Source: Tubulanus polymorphus
Lineage: Eukaryota; Animalia; Nemertea
NCBI RefSeq assembly: GCF_964204645.1
Contig: NC_134026.1
Location: forward strand, 25,268,150-25,332,149
Length of the DNA stretch: 64,000 nucleotides
Reading direction: 5' to 3'
The notes under the pieces were generated by a model. That model had not been told where the DNA came from. It saw only the letters and a program-made list of their open reading frames with translations, and did no database searches. Positions within the stretch are counted from its first letter, which is position 1; the number at the start of each line of letters is the position of its first letter. Positions 52,314-64,000 of this stretch are shown in pieces. The translations under genes and the position numbers were made by a program.

Positions 52314-53164
52314 CGCGGAGCGTCCAAACTTAAATGGTCCAAAAGTCTACGAAACCATGAAATCGATACTAAAACATATAAACGACCATTCATTTGGCAC
52401 CAAAAACTTGTTCATGCGTAGCGTACAGACCGCCCCCAACCCGTGACGAAATTTCGCCACAAGGGTAAAGGAGCATGGAACTTAACCTTCAGCGATAAAA
52501 GAACATTTAACATCATGTGGAAATCGTACATCGAACTTCTGGCAGAAGTGACTTTGAAATCACCATCAAACAGGCATAAAATCCGAAAAACCAAGTATCA
52601 ACTAACACGAATTTCACGCCTGCACGACATTCTTTGTAATTAGTAGTACACTAGCAATATTCATAAGGACTATACAGTATAAATGTTTTTATACTAGGCA
52701 TAGATTGTATCTATTCCTCACATTTCGCTGTGTTTTATCGGTCCTCACTTCTCATCTGAGGGTGTCAGCTAATCTCAAATAGACATTCCCATTAAACAGC
52801 ATGTGTAGGTGAAATAGAAAGTTATATTCCATCATTTTCAACGCTTTGGTTATGCGGCAAAATAAATGAACAATATACTTCTTTGAACCTAACAATTATT
52901 ATCCTGATCTTGAAATTATTAAGTGGCTAACTAAAACGTTGGGATTTTTCCACTACATCCTCATTATTCAATCATACGTACATGTAACATTGAATCTTTA
53001 AACAAAACTACTTCATGGACGTATAAACATTTTTATAAATCATTGATATTAGATAATCTTACGTTGCTTAACTATCTGTTGCGTAAGCAAAAGTGACTGC
53101 TCTACCTAGTTTAAGGCGCACAACAATTTCAAACCAGTTCTTACCAGATTATTACCCGGTTTAC

Positions 53165-55037
53165 ATGAGCGCGCACACATTCAAAATGAAAACGATACTT
53201 TTAAGTGATAGCATGGGTCGTTTTTTCCCGGAATCGGAAAATCATAAGACACATTTTTGGCCAGGAATAGGCATTGACGTAATGCGTAGAATCGTCGGTG
53301 AGAAAATAATTGACGACATAAAATACGCGGACGTTCTCATAGTATGGGTCGGAACTAACGATTTAAACGAAAATGTTCAACCAAAGGATATAGTAAAGGC
53401 ATACCAGGTTAGTTACTCAACAGTTTATGCAGAAAATTACAGAAAATTCAAATGACTAAATGACGAATGACTAAATTCCTCTTGATACTAGTTTTTTTTA
53501 GGTTATCTCGCGCTGATGATGCCATCAACCAAAATCCTTCTGTTGCCGATATTTCCACGAAATGATTCAAAGGTGAAGGATCAGAAGCGGAAGAAAGTTA
53601 ATAGATTAACGAAGAAGCTTCTGCGCGAACCCAGGTTCAAAAGGGTTTCCTTCATGAAAACTGAGGTAAATATATATATTCATGAAATGTATACCGTAAA
53701 CTAATACCATGTTACAGTTGCCAGCCACCATTTTGTTAGGGTACTTTCATTTGTCCTCTATTGTTTGGTAATTATTTCTATTTTAAATATTATTTGTGAT
53801 GTGTTTTATCATATTTCATTGGCCTGTAGGTGGATTTTGACATTTTGGCAGCATTCAAACATTTCTAGTGTTTCTCAAATTCGCAACAATGCGACATGAG
53901 AATGATAAAAAAAACCCGTGGCCAGTTTTTGCCACATGCGTAGGGATTCGAAGTTCATTATTTTTTTGTATCTCAGCACGGCCCCCGGACTGGCCAGACA
54001 AAAAAACTTGTTTTTTACTCCCTGTATACTACTCGACCAATAATTCGAGTAAAACGAGTAAAAATCTGTAACTGATGGAATTGAATGACACCTTCCATGA
54101 TTCTGGGGATTATTTCTGATTAAAGGCAAGAACATGGGTAAAAAACTTCCTTGTTTTTATTTTAGGTCCGATTTTCTTAAAAATTTGAGGGTTAATCAAT
54201 CTAGTTATAAGAAACGAATTACAAATTTATCATATTTCCTTTTTACCCAGTAAACAAGTTTTGCTCCGAGTAAAAACCATTGCCGGTGAAGGCAATTAAT
54301 TAACAACAGCTTACAAGATAAAAAACACACAGCTGTTATGTTTACATAATTCAGCAGGCTTGTGGTCAGTGAGTTGATAACTAAGAAGCTCCTCCTCCAA
54401 AGTCAATCAAAGTTTGAATTTGCTACGAAAATGAAGAATTCAAAATTACTCCCTATTTGCTGGTTTCAAGAGTATTTTTGACTTTTGCAATCATTTATCA
54501 TCTATAATTGCTCGTAGATTTTAGATAACTGAAAACAAACAAGATACGTATTCCCATGGTTTGAATGCTCCTTACATGGCAAAATTCACCTACAAACCAA
54601 TTAAATATGATAGAACACATCACAAATAATCCTTTAAAAAGAGAAAAAAGTTATCTAACAATAGAGGACAAAGTTTAGTACCGTACGCTAACAAAAAGGC
54701 GGCTAACATCTGTAAAATGGTATATTTTCATAGCCTGCATTTTGATTGTGTTGTCTCATTTCAGCGTATTTTCGAAACGAGTCAGGAACGCAAAAACAAA
54801 GGAGATCAATTCTCCGTCAAACAAGAATTTTATCGTTTGGATGGGTTGCATTTAAATGATCGTGGAATAGAACGCCTGCATCGTTATATTATGCAATACA
54901 TCAAGGAAAATCTGTCAGCTGACCCCAGAAGTAAGATCGCGGAACGAGTGGAGAGGGCTAATATTGCGCACGGACTATGTACCGAGGAGACACCGGGGAT
55001 CGAAGTTTTGATTTTGAAGAACCAGATGTTTCGATAG
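53165..55037 (+). CDS. SGNH/GDSL hydrolase-domain protein, 3 exons, 229 aa, cargo of the foldback element
   Basis: Exons 53165-53407, 53492-53665 and 54765-55037, all phase 0 and GT-AG with an open frame. Block I ILLSDSM, block II WPG, block III VWVGTNDL, I.PR motif, block V DGLHLN..G. AATAAA near 55244. Confidence 0.85.
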
Positions 55038-56214
55038 ATTAGACTCTAAAATCGAAGAATTCTAGTTCATTACACCTACACATCCTGACGTTTCTGATCA
55101 CACTCCCGGCCCTGCGTTAATGGATTCGGAGCCACTTTTTATCAGGATCGTGAACCACGGATTTTGATGGCAGCGATGTACACAATATATTAAAGAACTA
55201 TATATATATAACATTGCAGCTATCATGTAATTGAATTTCCATCAATAAAGTGTTTTTTCCTGGGGTCTAAAGCTCGCGTCAGGTTTTGGTGCGGGACACT
55301 CTTTTACTTAAGTGATCTCTTTTTGGAAAATGTTTAATTTTTTCAGCTAGATATATGATCTTTTTTTAGGAAAATGATTTTATTTTTTCAGCTCAATATA
55401 TGTTGTATATGATGGCTATTATATGAATGTCCCCAAGGACGGGAACGTAGATTGAGGGGAGGGGAATATTATGATTTGGGTTTCACTTTTTTAGAAATAA
55501 ATTGAATGAATAATACAACGTATTATATGATACGTTAGGACATTAGACTGGGAGAACTACGATTATTGAAAATAAGAATAATAGAGTGTATATAGTATAG
55601 TTAATGGATTATTATTATTATTAGACTAGAATAACTCTTGAATATTGGCCTTAAGCCTGGGGGAAAGTGCTCATCAGTGTGAACACTTAAAGACTAGTTT
55701 GGATAACAATTCAAGCAAAGCAATTATTCTGACACATTGACACTAAAACCTCTCAGCCTCTTGAAACTAAAAAGTTTACATTATACGGATTCTTTTATAT
55801 TCAATAAAGAAAAAACATATAACGGAACGCGAGCTTTTATTTGGATTTATTTTTGGAAGTATCGGAAAGTACAATGTACTTGGTATAAGTCATTATCTAC
55901 ATTTGCCAGAATTGATTTGTTCATTGCACAGTTCAATTCAAACCCCCATTTTGCGACTTAAAACGGAAAACCTAGCAACAGAAACGTCATCAGAGGAGCG
56001 GATACACGTTGGCATAACCAACATTACACTTTCTGCACGTTTTTGTTGAGGCAGTAATATGCGCACTGCTGATTCTAAATCAAAACATAGGTGCAAAATA
56101 CTAAACTAATGAAAGAGGGCGATTTTGATTAATAGACTACATCGACATAATTTCCAGTGAATATCGCTAAACCGTTTATCAATATGTTCGTATTTTCAAT
56201 ATTTTCATCAATCA

Positions 56215-58430
56215 TCTTGTTTTAGAGAAATTTAATTTTGAAATTTAAATTTTTGAATATTCGCGCAATGATGCTTCGAGTATTGAAATAACACCAATTC
56301 TTACTATAAACCAATCAATGCAAAGACATCTTATTTACATCAACTTGAAGAATAGAGTCATCTTATTGATATAATCGTTTTTTCAGGAAACCCCAGGTTT
56401 TAGTTTTAGAGAAATTTGAGTTTGAATTTTTAAATTTTGAATATCGCGCAATGATGCAATCGTGTGTCGCAATAACAGGCAATCTAACTATGAACAAATC
56501 AATGCACAGACATGCGCTTTACATCAACTCAAAGACTACAGTTTGCTTATTAATATACTTACTTTTCAGGAACCCTCAGGTTTTAGTTTAAGTGAAATTT
56601 GATTTTGAAATTTAAATTTCTGAATATCGCGCCATGATGCAATCGTGTATTGAAATGACGCGTTTTTTTACTATGATCAAATCAATGCACAGACATCTGC
56701 CTTAAATCAACTTAAAGAATAGAGTTTCCTGAATATTATACTGGATTTTCAGAAAGCCTCAGGTTTTAGTTTAAGAGGAATTTGATTTTGAATTTTAACT
56801 TTTTAAATATCGCGCAATGATGCAATCGCGTATCGAAATGACGCGTTTTTTTTACTTTGATCAAATCAATGCACAGACATCTGCCTTAAATCAACTTAAA
56901 GAATAGAGTTTCCTTATTAATATACTTGATTTTCAGGAACCCTCAGGTTTTAGTTTTAGAGAAATTTGATTTTGAAATTTAAATTTCTGAATATCGCGCC
57001 ATGATGCAATCGTGTATTGAAATGATGCGTTTTTTTACTATGATAAAATCAATGCACAGACATCTGCCTTGAATCAACTTAAAGAATAGAGTTTGCTTAT
57101 TAATATACTTAATCTTCAGGAACCCTCAGGTTTTGGTTTTAGAGAAATTTAATTTTGAAATTTAAATTTCTGAATATCGTACCATGATGCAATCGTGTAT
57201 TGAAATGACGCGTTTTTTTACTATGATCAAATCAATGCACAGACATCTGCCTTAAATCAACCTAAAGAATAGAGTTTCCTGAATATTATACTGGATTTTC
57301 AGAAAGCCTCAGGTTTTAGTTTAAGAGGAATTTGATTTTGAATTTTAACTTTTTAAATATCGCGCAATGATGCAATCGCGTATTGAAATGACGCGTTTTT
57401 TTTACTATGATCAAATCAATGCACAGACATCTGCCTTGAATCAACTTAAAGAATAGAGTTTGCTTATTAATATACTTAATTTTCAGGAACCCTCAGGTTT
57501 TAGTTTTAGAGAAATTTGATTTTGAAATTTAAATTTCTGAATATCGCGCCATGATGCAATCGTGTATTGAAATGATGCGTTTTTTTACTATGATCAAATC
57601 CATGCACAGACATCTGCCTTGAATCAACTTAAAGAATAGAGTTTGCTTATTAATATACTTAATTTTCAGGAACCCTCAGGTTTTAGTTTTAGAGATATTT
57701 AATTTTGAAATTTAAATTTCTGAATATCGCGCCAAGATGCAATCGTGTATTGAAATGATGCGTTTTTTTACTATGATCAAATCAATGCACAGACATCTGC
57801 CTTGAATCAACTTAAAGAATAGAGTTTGCTTATTAATATACCTGATTTTCAGGAACCCTCAGGTTTTAGTTTTAGAGATATTTAATTTTGAAATTTAAAT
57901 TTCTGAATATCGCGCCATGATGCAATCGTGTATTGAAATGACGCGTTTTTTTACTATGATCAAATCAATGCACAGACATCTGCCTTGAATCAACTTAAAG
58001 AATAGAGTTTGCTTATTAATATACTTAATTTTCAGGAACCCTCAGGTTTTAGTTTTAGAGATATTTAATTTTGAAATTTAAATTTCTGAATCGCGCCATG
58101 ATGCAATCGTGTATTGAAATGACGCGTTTTTTATTATGATCAAATCAATGCACAGACATCCGCTTTACATCAACTTAAAGAAAAGAGTTTCCTTAATATT
58201 ATACTCGATTTTCAGAAAGCCCCAGGTTTTAGTTTGAGAGAAATTTGAGTTTGAATTTTTAAATTTTAGATATCGTGGAATGATGCAATCGTGAGTTGAA
58301 ATGATACCTGAACAAATCGATGCACAGACATTTACTTTATATATCTACTTGAACAATCGAGCCTACTCAGTAATATACTCAGTTTTTACGAAACCTGGAG
58401 TTTTTGTTTCAGAGAAATTTGAGTATCAGT
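56215..58430 (-). repeat. 183-bp tandem satellite, ~11-12 units (right array, inverted)
   Basis: Reverse complement of the left-array unit (cacagacatctgcc...). Confidence 0.97.
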
Positions 58431-58594
58431 ATCCGATGCTATATACTAACGTTTACGTTAGTTATCATCGCTCCGTCATGCTAAGTTATACATTTCATGT
58501 CAACCAGTATCTACAGGCAGCTATACAGTGTGTACACACTATATCTGAATACGAGGCTGGAATAACAGGCTCACTTCACGTAGGTACATTATAG

Positions 58595-58993
58595 CGAACG
58601 AAGAAAGTGAGCAATATAATACAATTGAATTGATTCGATGTACTCGCATGCCAGATAAACCGTGTGATATCTTTACCGTCAAGTGCTGCCCCTATACACT
58701 TTGTGGACGGTTACTTGCATGCCACAGTAGGACTGTAGGCAAAATAATCTTTTTAGGAGCACTCCGAGGATGAATAGATAAAAACACTACCGAAACTATT
58801 CAAAACTATCGCAATTGGTTATTGTTTAACATATTTCTAAAGCGAATTTGATATTTACGCACTGGTCGATGCTGTAGTTATTGGAAACCAATCGTTCTGC
58901 GGCACGTCGCCGGCGCCGCAGCGGCGCGGGCGCGGCCCGGTCGGCGGCGCAAGGATGAAGGTGACAAGGACTTCCAAACTGTGAACGTACTGT
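58595..58993. promoter_or_regulatory. Displaced native upstream region of LYRM4 with a GC-rich patch (58895-58950)
   Basis: Directly follows the right TSD, so it abutted the LYRM4 start before insertion. Promoter function is inferred. Confidence 0.5.
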
Positions 58994-61165
58994 AAGTTGT
59001 TCGTTGTCCCGAGATGTAAAACCAGATTCGAGAACACGTTTCCCGTCAGAACCCTTCGTGAAGGCCGAATCCTGTGCCTGGGATTCGACCTCAACTATTC
59101 GCATACAACAGTAATAGCAGCGACATTGTCATTATTTTACATATTGAAATGCGCGGCGCGGCAATCTAAGACTACGACGCAATATCAAAATGGCGTGCTC
59201 GGCATTGAACAGCAAAAACCTCACCACCTAGTTTCAAAAACCCTCCCTCCTTTCAGACCCCAAAAATCAGTATTTCAATATTCGGTAAGTATGTATAACA
59301 TTGGCTAAAAATATTTCATCTCAGATATTGCGCGGGTAACCATTTTCAGAGCAGGCGCACACGATGTCGACTATGTCATGTCAGTCAGTCAAGCGAAGCA
59401 AGAATGGGATCCTGTTAATCTAGCGGGTCCGAAACTTCTAGAGCTGACATACAGTCTCTCAGCTTCCGCTGGTTGTAATTTGTTCTGAATTAGGGCCATA
59501 CCTAGCATTACAATTTTGAGGCCAGGCAGTAATAGGATATAACAATGTTTGCAAAAATGGCACTTTTCCAAACTTTGGCCGGGGGCAATCGCCCCTTGCC
59601 CCCTTGCCTTAGCCCTGGAAATGGTTCTTCAAATGTCAATTGGTTTTGATTTCTGTGTGAATTCATTCTGTTTTTATTCAGTCTCGTTTTGATAGTTTCT
59701 GTTTTCGTTTGTAGATGTGTACATAAAAGAAGTGAAGTGACATCAGGAACAGTGACAGCAATGTGAGCTTATTTCATCTTTTAGATGTTCTCTCCATCAG
59801 TTTCGGTAACAGATAGTGTTAACTGTATCTTCATTACTTTCTTTTTTATATTTCATGTTCAACTCCGCAGCTGAAACCTAAACCGTAGTAGATCGAGAAG
59901 CCCCTGAATAAATCAACTACAGATTGGAAGGAAAAATTTAATTGGTAAGTTTGAATTTTGAATTTGATAATTCTGCACTTAGTTCTAAAGAAAGAAAACA
60001 ATCTTAGATTTGTCTATCATAGGTATCACTACAATGGGAACTTGGATTCCGTACAGGACATCAGGAATCTCTGTTTTACATTAAAAGACTGTCTTGGATT
60101 CTGCACATGACATCGGGAATTACTGTTTTACTATGATACTTGGATTCGGCACAGGATTACGAGAATCAGTGTTTCACAATAAGGTTACCTTCTTGGATTC
60201 AGCACAGGACAACAAGGAATCACTGTTTTACAATAAGACTTTCTAGGATTCAGCAGAGGACAGCGAGAATCACTCAATCGAAATTCAAGATAAGTTACAT
60301 TTATCTTTGTTTTTCAGTTGTTGATTTGATTTTAAGGGACAAGTTTTAAAGATATAGGCTAAACCATGTTTTGAAATGAAATCACAGAAAGCTGTTGCAT
60401 TTATTCAATTCATTCAAATGTCTTTGGTAAGGATTAGTTTATGGTTGGGATTGTTATTTCAGGGATTCAAAAAAGATAAAGCCAGTTTACAGGTTTTTAA
60501 AATTGCGATCAACTCCAATGTTATTTCCAATCAATACGAAACTAGTCCCTGATGTCAATGATACAACTATTATCAATAATATTCCTTCATCACAATCAGA
60601 TATGCATCTTAAGAGTAGAATTTCCCTAGATTATACTGCTGTAGACTTCAAATTGATTGAACTGTTAGAGATATGTGTAACATTGTGTGTACAGAGTACA
60701 GATCACTACATTACTTCATCCTGATATTGAACAGTGATTTGTTCTCTCATCTTCACTATTCCCATCCGTCTAACTAAAACATTGTAACATTTCAGCTCAC
60801 CTAACCGCGGGGTTTGGGGAGGGTGGGAAGGGTTGGGGGAGGGAAGGGGTTAGGGAGGGTGGGAGGGAAGGGGTTGAGGGAGGGCGGGAGGGAAGGGGTT
60901 GAGGGAGGGCGGCAGGGAAGGGGTTGAGGGAGGGATAGGATCTGGGAGGGTGGGAGATAGGGTGTGGGAGGGATGGGGTGGTAGGGAGATGGGCAGTGGT
61001 AGGAATTTGGAAGGAGGAGTGTAGGGCATAGATACCCTATACCTCTGGAACTCACTTCTTTATTGTTCAGATCCATTGTAAATATGTATAGTAGCTTTAC
61101 AACATAACTTTGGCATTTTTGCTTGAGTCAGTAAACCCGTTGTCGCTTCGTTGCAGCTATATTTC

Positions 61166-61212
61166 TTATTCCTGAAAATGACTATTTCGAATTTAGTCGA
61201 AACGTTGAATAA
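61166..61212 (+). ncRNA. Second copy of the degenerate hammerhead
   Basis: ttattc CTGAAAA t gacta-tttcgaatt-tagtc GAAAC GTT gaataa. Confidence 0.6.
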
Positions 61213-61586
61213 ATATAGCCCAAGGAAACATTTTCGGACATTATACTATTTTTTCGTTATTATTGTGGGATTCTCTACACAATATCATCGTTACACAGAT
61301 TTAGTGTTTTATCAATGGGTAGCTTTACTTATCTTAGTTGAATTGTTTTGCCATTTTTCACGATCATATCAGTTTATGAAAGTTATTTCATCCTCTGTAG
61401 TTTAAATATTTTGAATTTTATCAGTGCTTCAATTAGTCACTTTTTATACATAGCTCTTTAGACTTTGATGAATGCATCATTTGAGACTGTAATTAGTACA
61501 ATATTTCTGACTTAAAGTTTATTAGTGCATTATCTTTTGATTAATCTATTAGTACAAGATTTTGAACCCATTCAGTGTATAATTTT

Positions 61587-62010
61587 GTCACTGAACCAGG
61601 ACCATAAACCAAACATTGACTAGTTTGGTCCCTAAAACAAGATCATGAACCGAACATTGACTCTGGTTCCTAAACCAGGACCATCCTTGAACCAAACTTT
61701 GACTCTTTGGTTACCAAACTTTGACTCTTTGGTAACTAAACCATGGTTGTGAACCAAACATTTTGACGAGTTAGGTCACTAAACCAGGACCATCCTTGAA
61801 CCAAACTTTGACTCTTTGGTTACCAAACTTTGACTCTTTGGTAACTAAACCATGGTTGTGAACCAAACATTTTGACGAGTTAGGTCACTAAACCAGGACC
61901 ATCCTTGAACCAAACTTTGACTCTTTGGTTACCAAACTTTGACTTTTTGGTCACTAAACCATGGTTGTGAACCAAACTTAGACTCTTTGGGCACCAAATC
62001 AGGACCATGG
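61587..62010. repeat. Minisatellite with a 109-bp higher-order unit x3
   Basis: accaggaccatccttgaacc at 61674, 61783 and 61892. Confidence 0.88.
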
Positions 62011-64000
62011 ATGAAACGTTTTATAATTTACTTTTGTTGTCTTCACGACTATTTGTTTGAAAATTAAATGATTTATGTGGAACTAATGACGTTGTTAATG
62101 AACGATTCATCTGTATCAGTGCTGCTGCTGCTGCTACTGGTTTTATTGGCGACAGTGAGGGATTCAATAATTCAACTGAAATATCTTAGTCACAGATATT
62201 TTGCGGTTTGTCACTAAAAGACAAACTTGACCCCAGTCGGAACTGATGATTATGCCAGTGAGAGGAACATTTTAGAAATAGCCAATAAGAAAAAGCCATA
62301 TGAAAAGAAAAATATGTGAGCTTCTAGCCACAAAACAAAACAGCATAAAATGCTGATGAAGAGTGGGGTTCGAGAGCAATTCGAAGGTTTAGTGTCCTGC
62401 ACGCTTAGAGGGCGGGCAGGGGTCTATTCCTACCTCGACTCAAAAAAAGAGAAAAGAAAAAAAAGTGTAAAGAGTGGGCTCCTAGAGCAATTCAAAGGTT
62501 TAGTGTCCTGCACGCTCAGAAGGCGGACAGGGGTATATCCCTACCTCGACGCAAGCACTTAAAGTCAGACAAAAGACAGTAAAAACGAAAAATGGCAAAT
62601 GATGAAATATGGTCAGAGTTCTATTTGTTCCACTGGGTTCAAGTGTAAACTTGACAATCAAATTAAAATCAGACAGATTTTATGGTGTATATATTGTTAA
62701 CATCAGCACATGAATAATAAATCTGAATGAATAGAATTCCATAAAACAACTTGCTCATATAAAGCCTTTAGTAGAGAGTATAGAGATGTCTAATCTGACT
62801 ATCAACTGTCATTAGTCCACAATGGTTTCATAATGAGAGTGGTGACATGAATAGCAATACGTATTTTGATCTAGCTGAATCGGGCATCATTCTTGTCCTT
62901 GATTTGTGTTTGCCCTTCTCACATTTTGTGAGTGTGGAGGTTTGGTTTGGATTTACTCCCTTGGTTCGGGTGAACCCTCCATATCTCCCTCCCTTACAAC
63001 ATTGTTAGTTGAGTTTCTTAGGTTTGGTTTGATAATTTGGAGATAAAACTTCTCTACAACTCAAATTGATAAACGAAATCTGTGAAATCTGTTTACAGAG
63101 AACTGCTGCAACATACCATGAAACTTGAATTGGTTTGAACAATCCCCAACATGATATATTGTCATATTGGAGGGCAAAGAAATAATAGGAATAATTTGAA
63201 TGAATTCCTCGAAATTGACAAATAAATCATCTGTAAAAATGAGGCCACGTGATTTTCAAGACTGTGATTAGTTTGCGAACTAGGCATATGATTATTTGAG
63301 ATGATCTGAATGCCTCCAAAATTGTAAAGAAAGTATCCATGAGTCTTGTCAATGATGCAATTGTTTAAGTATATTTATTCGATTTGTTTATATGAAATTA
63401 ATATGATCGTGAAAAATGGCAAATCATTTAGTAGTTATTGTAGAGATGAGTGGTTTCAGATAAGACAAGAGAGTTATGTAGGCTTTATGGGAGGATATTG
63501 AGGGAGGGCTAGGTGGGAGGGCATCGAGGGATGGGGGATGGGAAGGTGGGGGCGGGCAGGAGGGATGGGGTGAGGATGGGCGGGAGGGAAGGGGTGTGAG
63601 GGCGGGAGGGAAGGGGTGTGGGAGGGCGGGAGGGAAGGGGTGAGGGTGGGCGGGAGGGAAGGGGTGTGGGAGGGAGGGAGGGAGGGAAGGGGTGTGGGAG
63701 GGAGGGAGGGAGGGAAGGGGTGTGGGAGGGAGGGAGGGAAGGGGTGAGGGCGGGCGGGAGGGAAGGGGTGAGGGAGGGAGGGAGGGAAGGGGTGAGGGAG
63801 GGTCGGGACGGGAGGTTAGGTGAGTTGAAATGTTACAATGTTTTAGTTAGACTTATGGGAATAGTGAAGATGAGAGAACAAATCACTGTTCAATATCAGG
63901 CGGAAGTAATACAGTGATCTGTACTCTGTATCTGTATGTTACACGTATCTGTAACCGTTCAATCAGTCTGTAATCTACAGCTGTATACATGTAATTTAGA

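Larger units (their letters stand above)
45749..58585. mobile_element. 12,837-bp non-autonomous foldback-type DNA transposon (Mutator/FB-like by 9-bp TSD) with satellite arms and gene cargo
   Basis: 104-bp TIRs at 45749-45852 and 58482-58585, identical except positions 3-5 or so. 9-bp direct repeat acattatag at 45740-45748 and 58586-58594. Inverted subterminal 183-bp arrays. No transposase ORF seen. Confidence 0.9.
58994..64000. repeat. Right arm of large inverted duplication (runs off the window)
   Basis: Reverse complement of 34135-40932, lacking the equivalents of 37246-38915 and ~36363-36705. Confidence 0.95.

Noticed and set aside
53502-53515. Alternative acceptor tttttag|gttatc for SGNH exon 2
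   Set aside because: Gives an immediate in-frame stop; the AG at 53490-53491 keeps the frame and follows a branch-like ctaaa.
48280-56215. Transposase within the large element
   Set aside because: No ORF or exon series with DDE, MULE or THAP features seen. The 52443-52643 ORF is unrecognisable. A highly fragmented gene cannot be excluded.
34135-64000. Read fold-back artefact as the cause of the palindrome
   Set aside because: The arms differ by substitutions, kb-scale indels and repeat copy number and enclose an 18-kb spacer with single-copy genes. A haplotype misjoin is still untested.

Overview
AT-rich eukaryotic (animal) genomic DNA with short GT-AG introns. A bilaterian invertebrate, possibly a lophotrochozoan, is inferred and not proven. 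1-21.8 kb is non-coding, probably intron/upstream sequence of an intronless alpha2-adrenergic-like amine GPCR (21931-23910, +). A convergent 8-exon gene for an unrecognised four-TM protein lies at 25542-27452 (-), followed by a MITE cluster at 27.7-30.2 kb. The right half is a set of nested inverted repeats. Two multi-kb outer arms (34135-40932 and 58994->64000) carry a putative spliced non-coding transcript and flank the convergent housekeeping genes ANAPC7 (41483-44763, +) and LYRM4/ISD11 (45263-45743, -). A 12,837-bp foldback-type element (45749-58585) is inserted 5 bp upstream of the LYRM4 ATG. It has 104-bp TIRs, inverted 183-bp satellite arrays and a 9-bp target-site duplication that copies the start codon. 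It has no visible transposase but carries an intact 3-exon SGNH/GDSL hydrolase gene and a Penelope 3' fragment with a hammerhead ribozyme. All calls are by eye; no searches were run.
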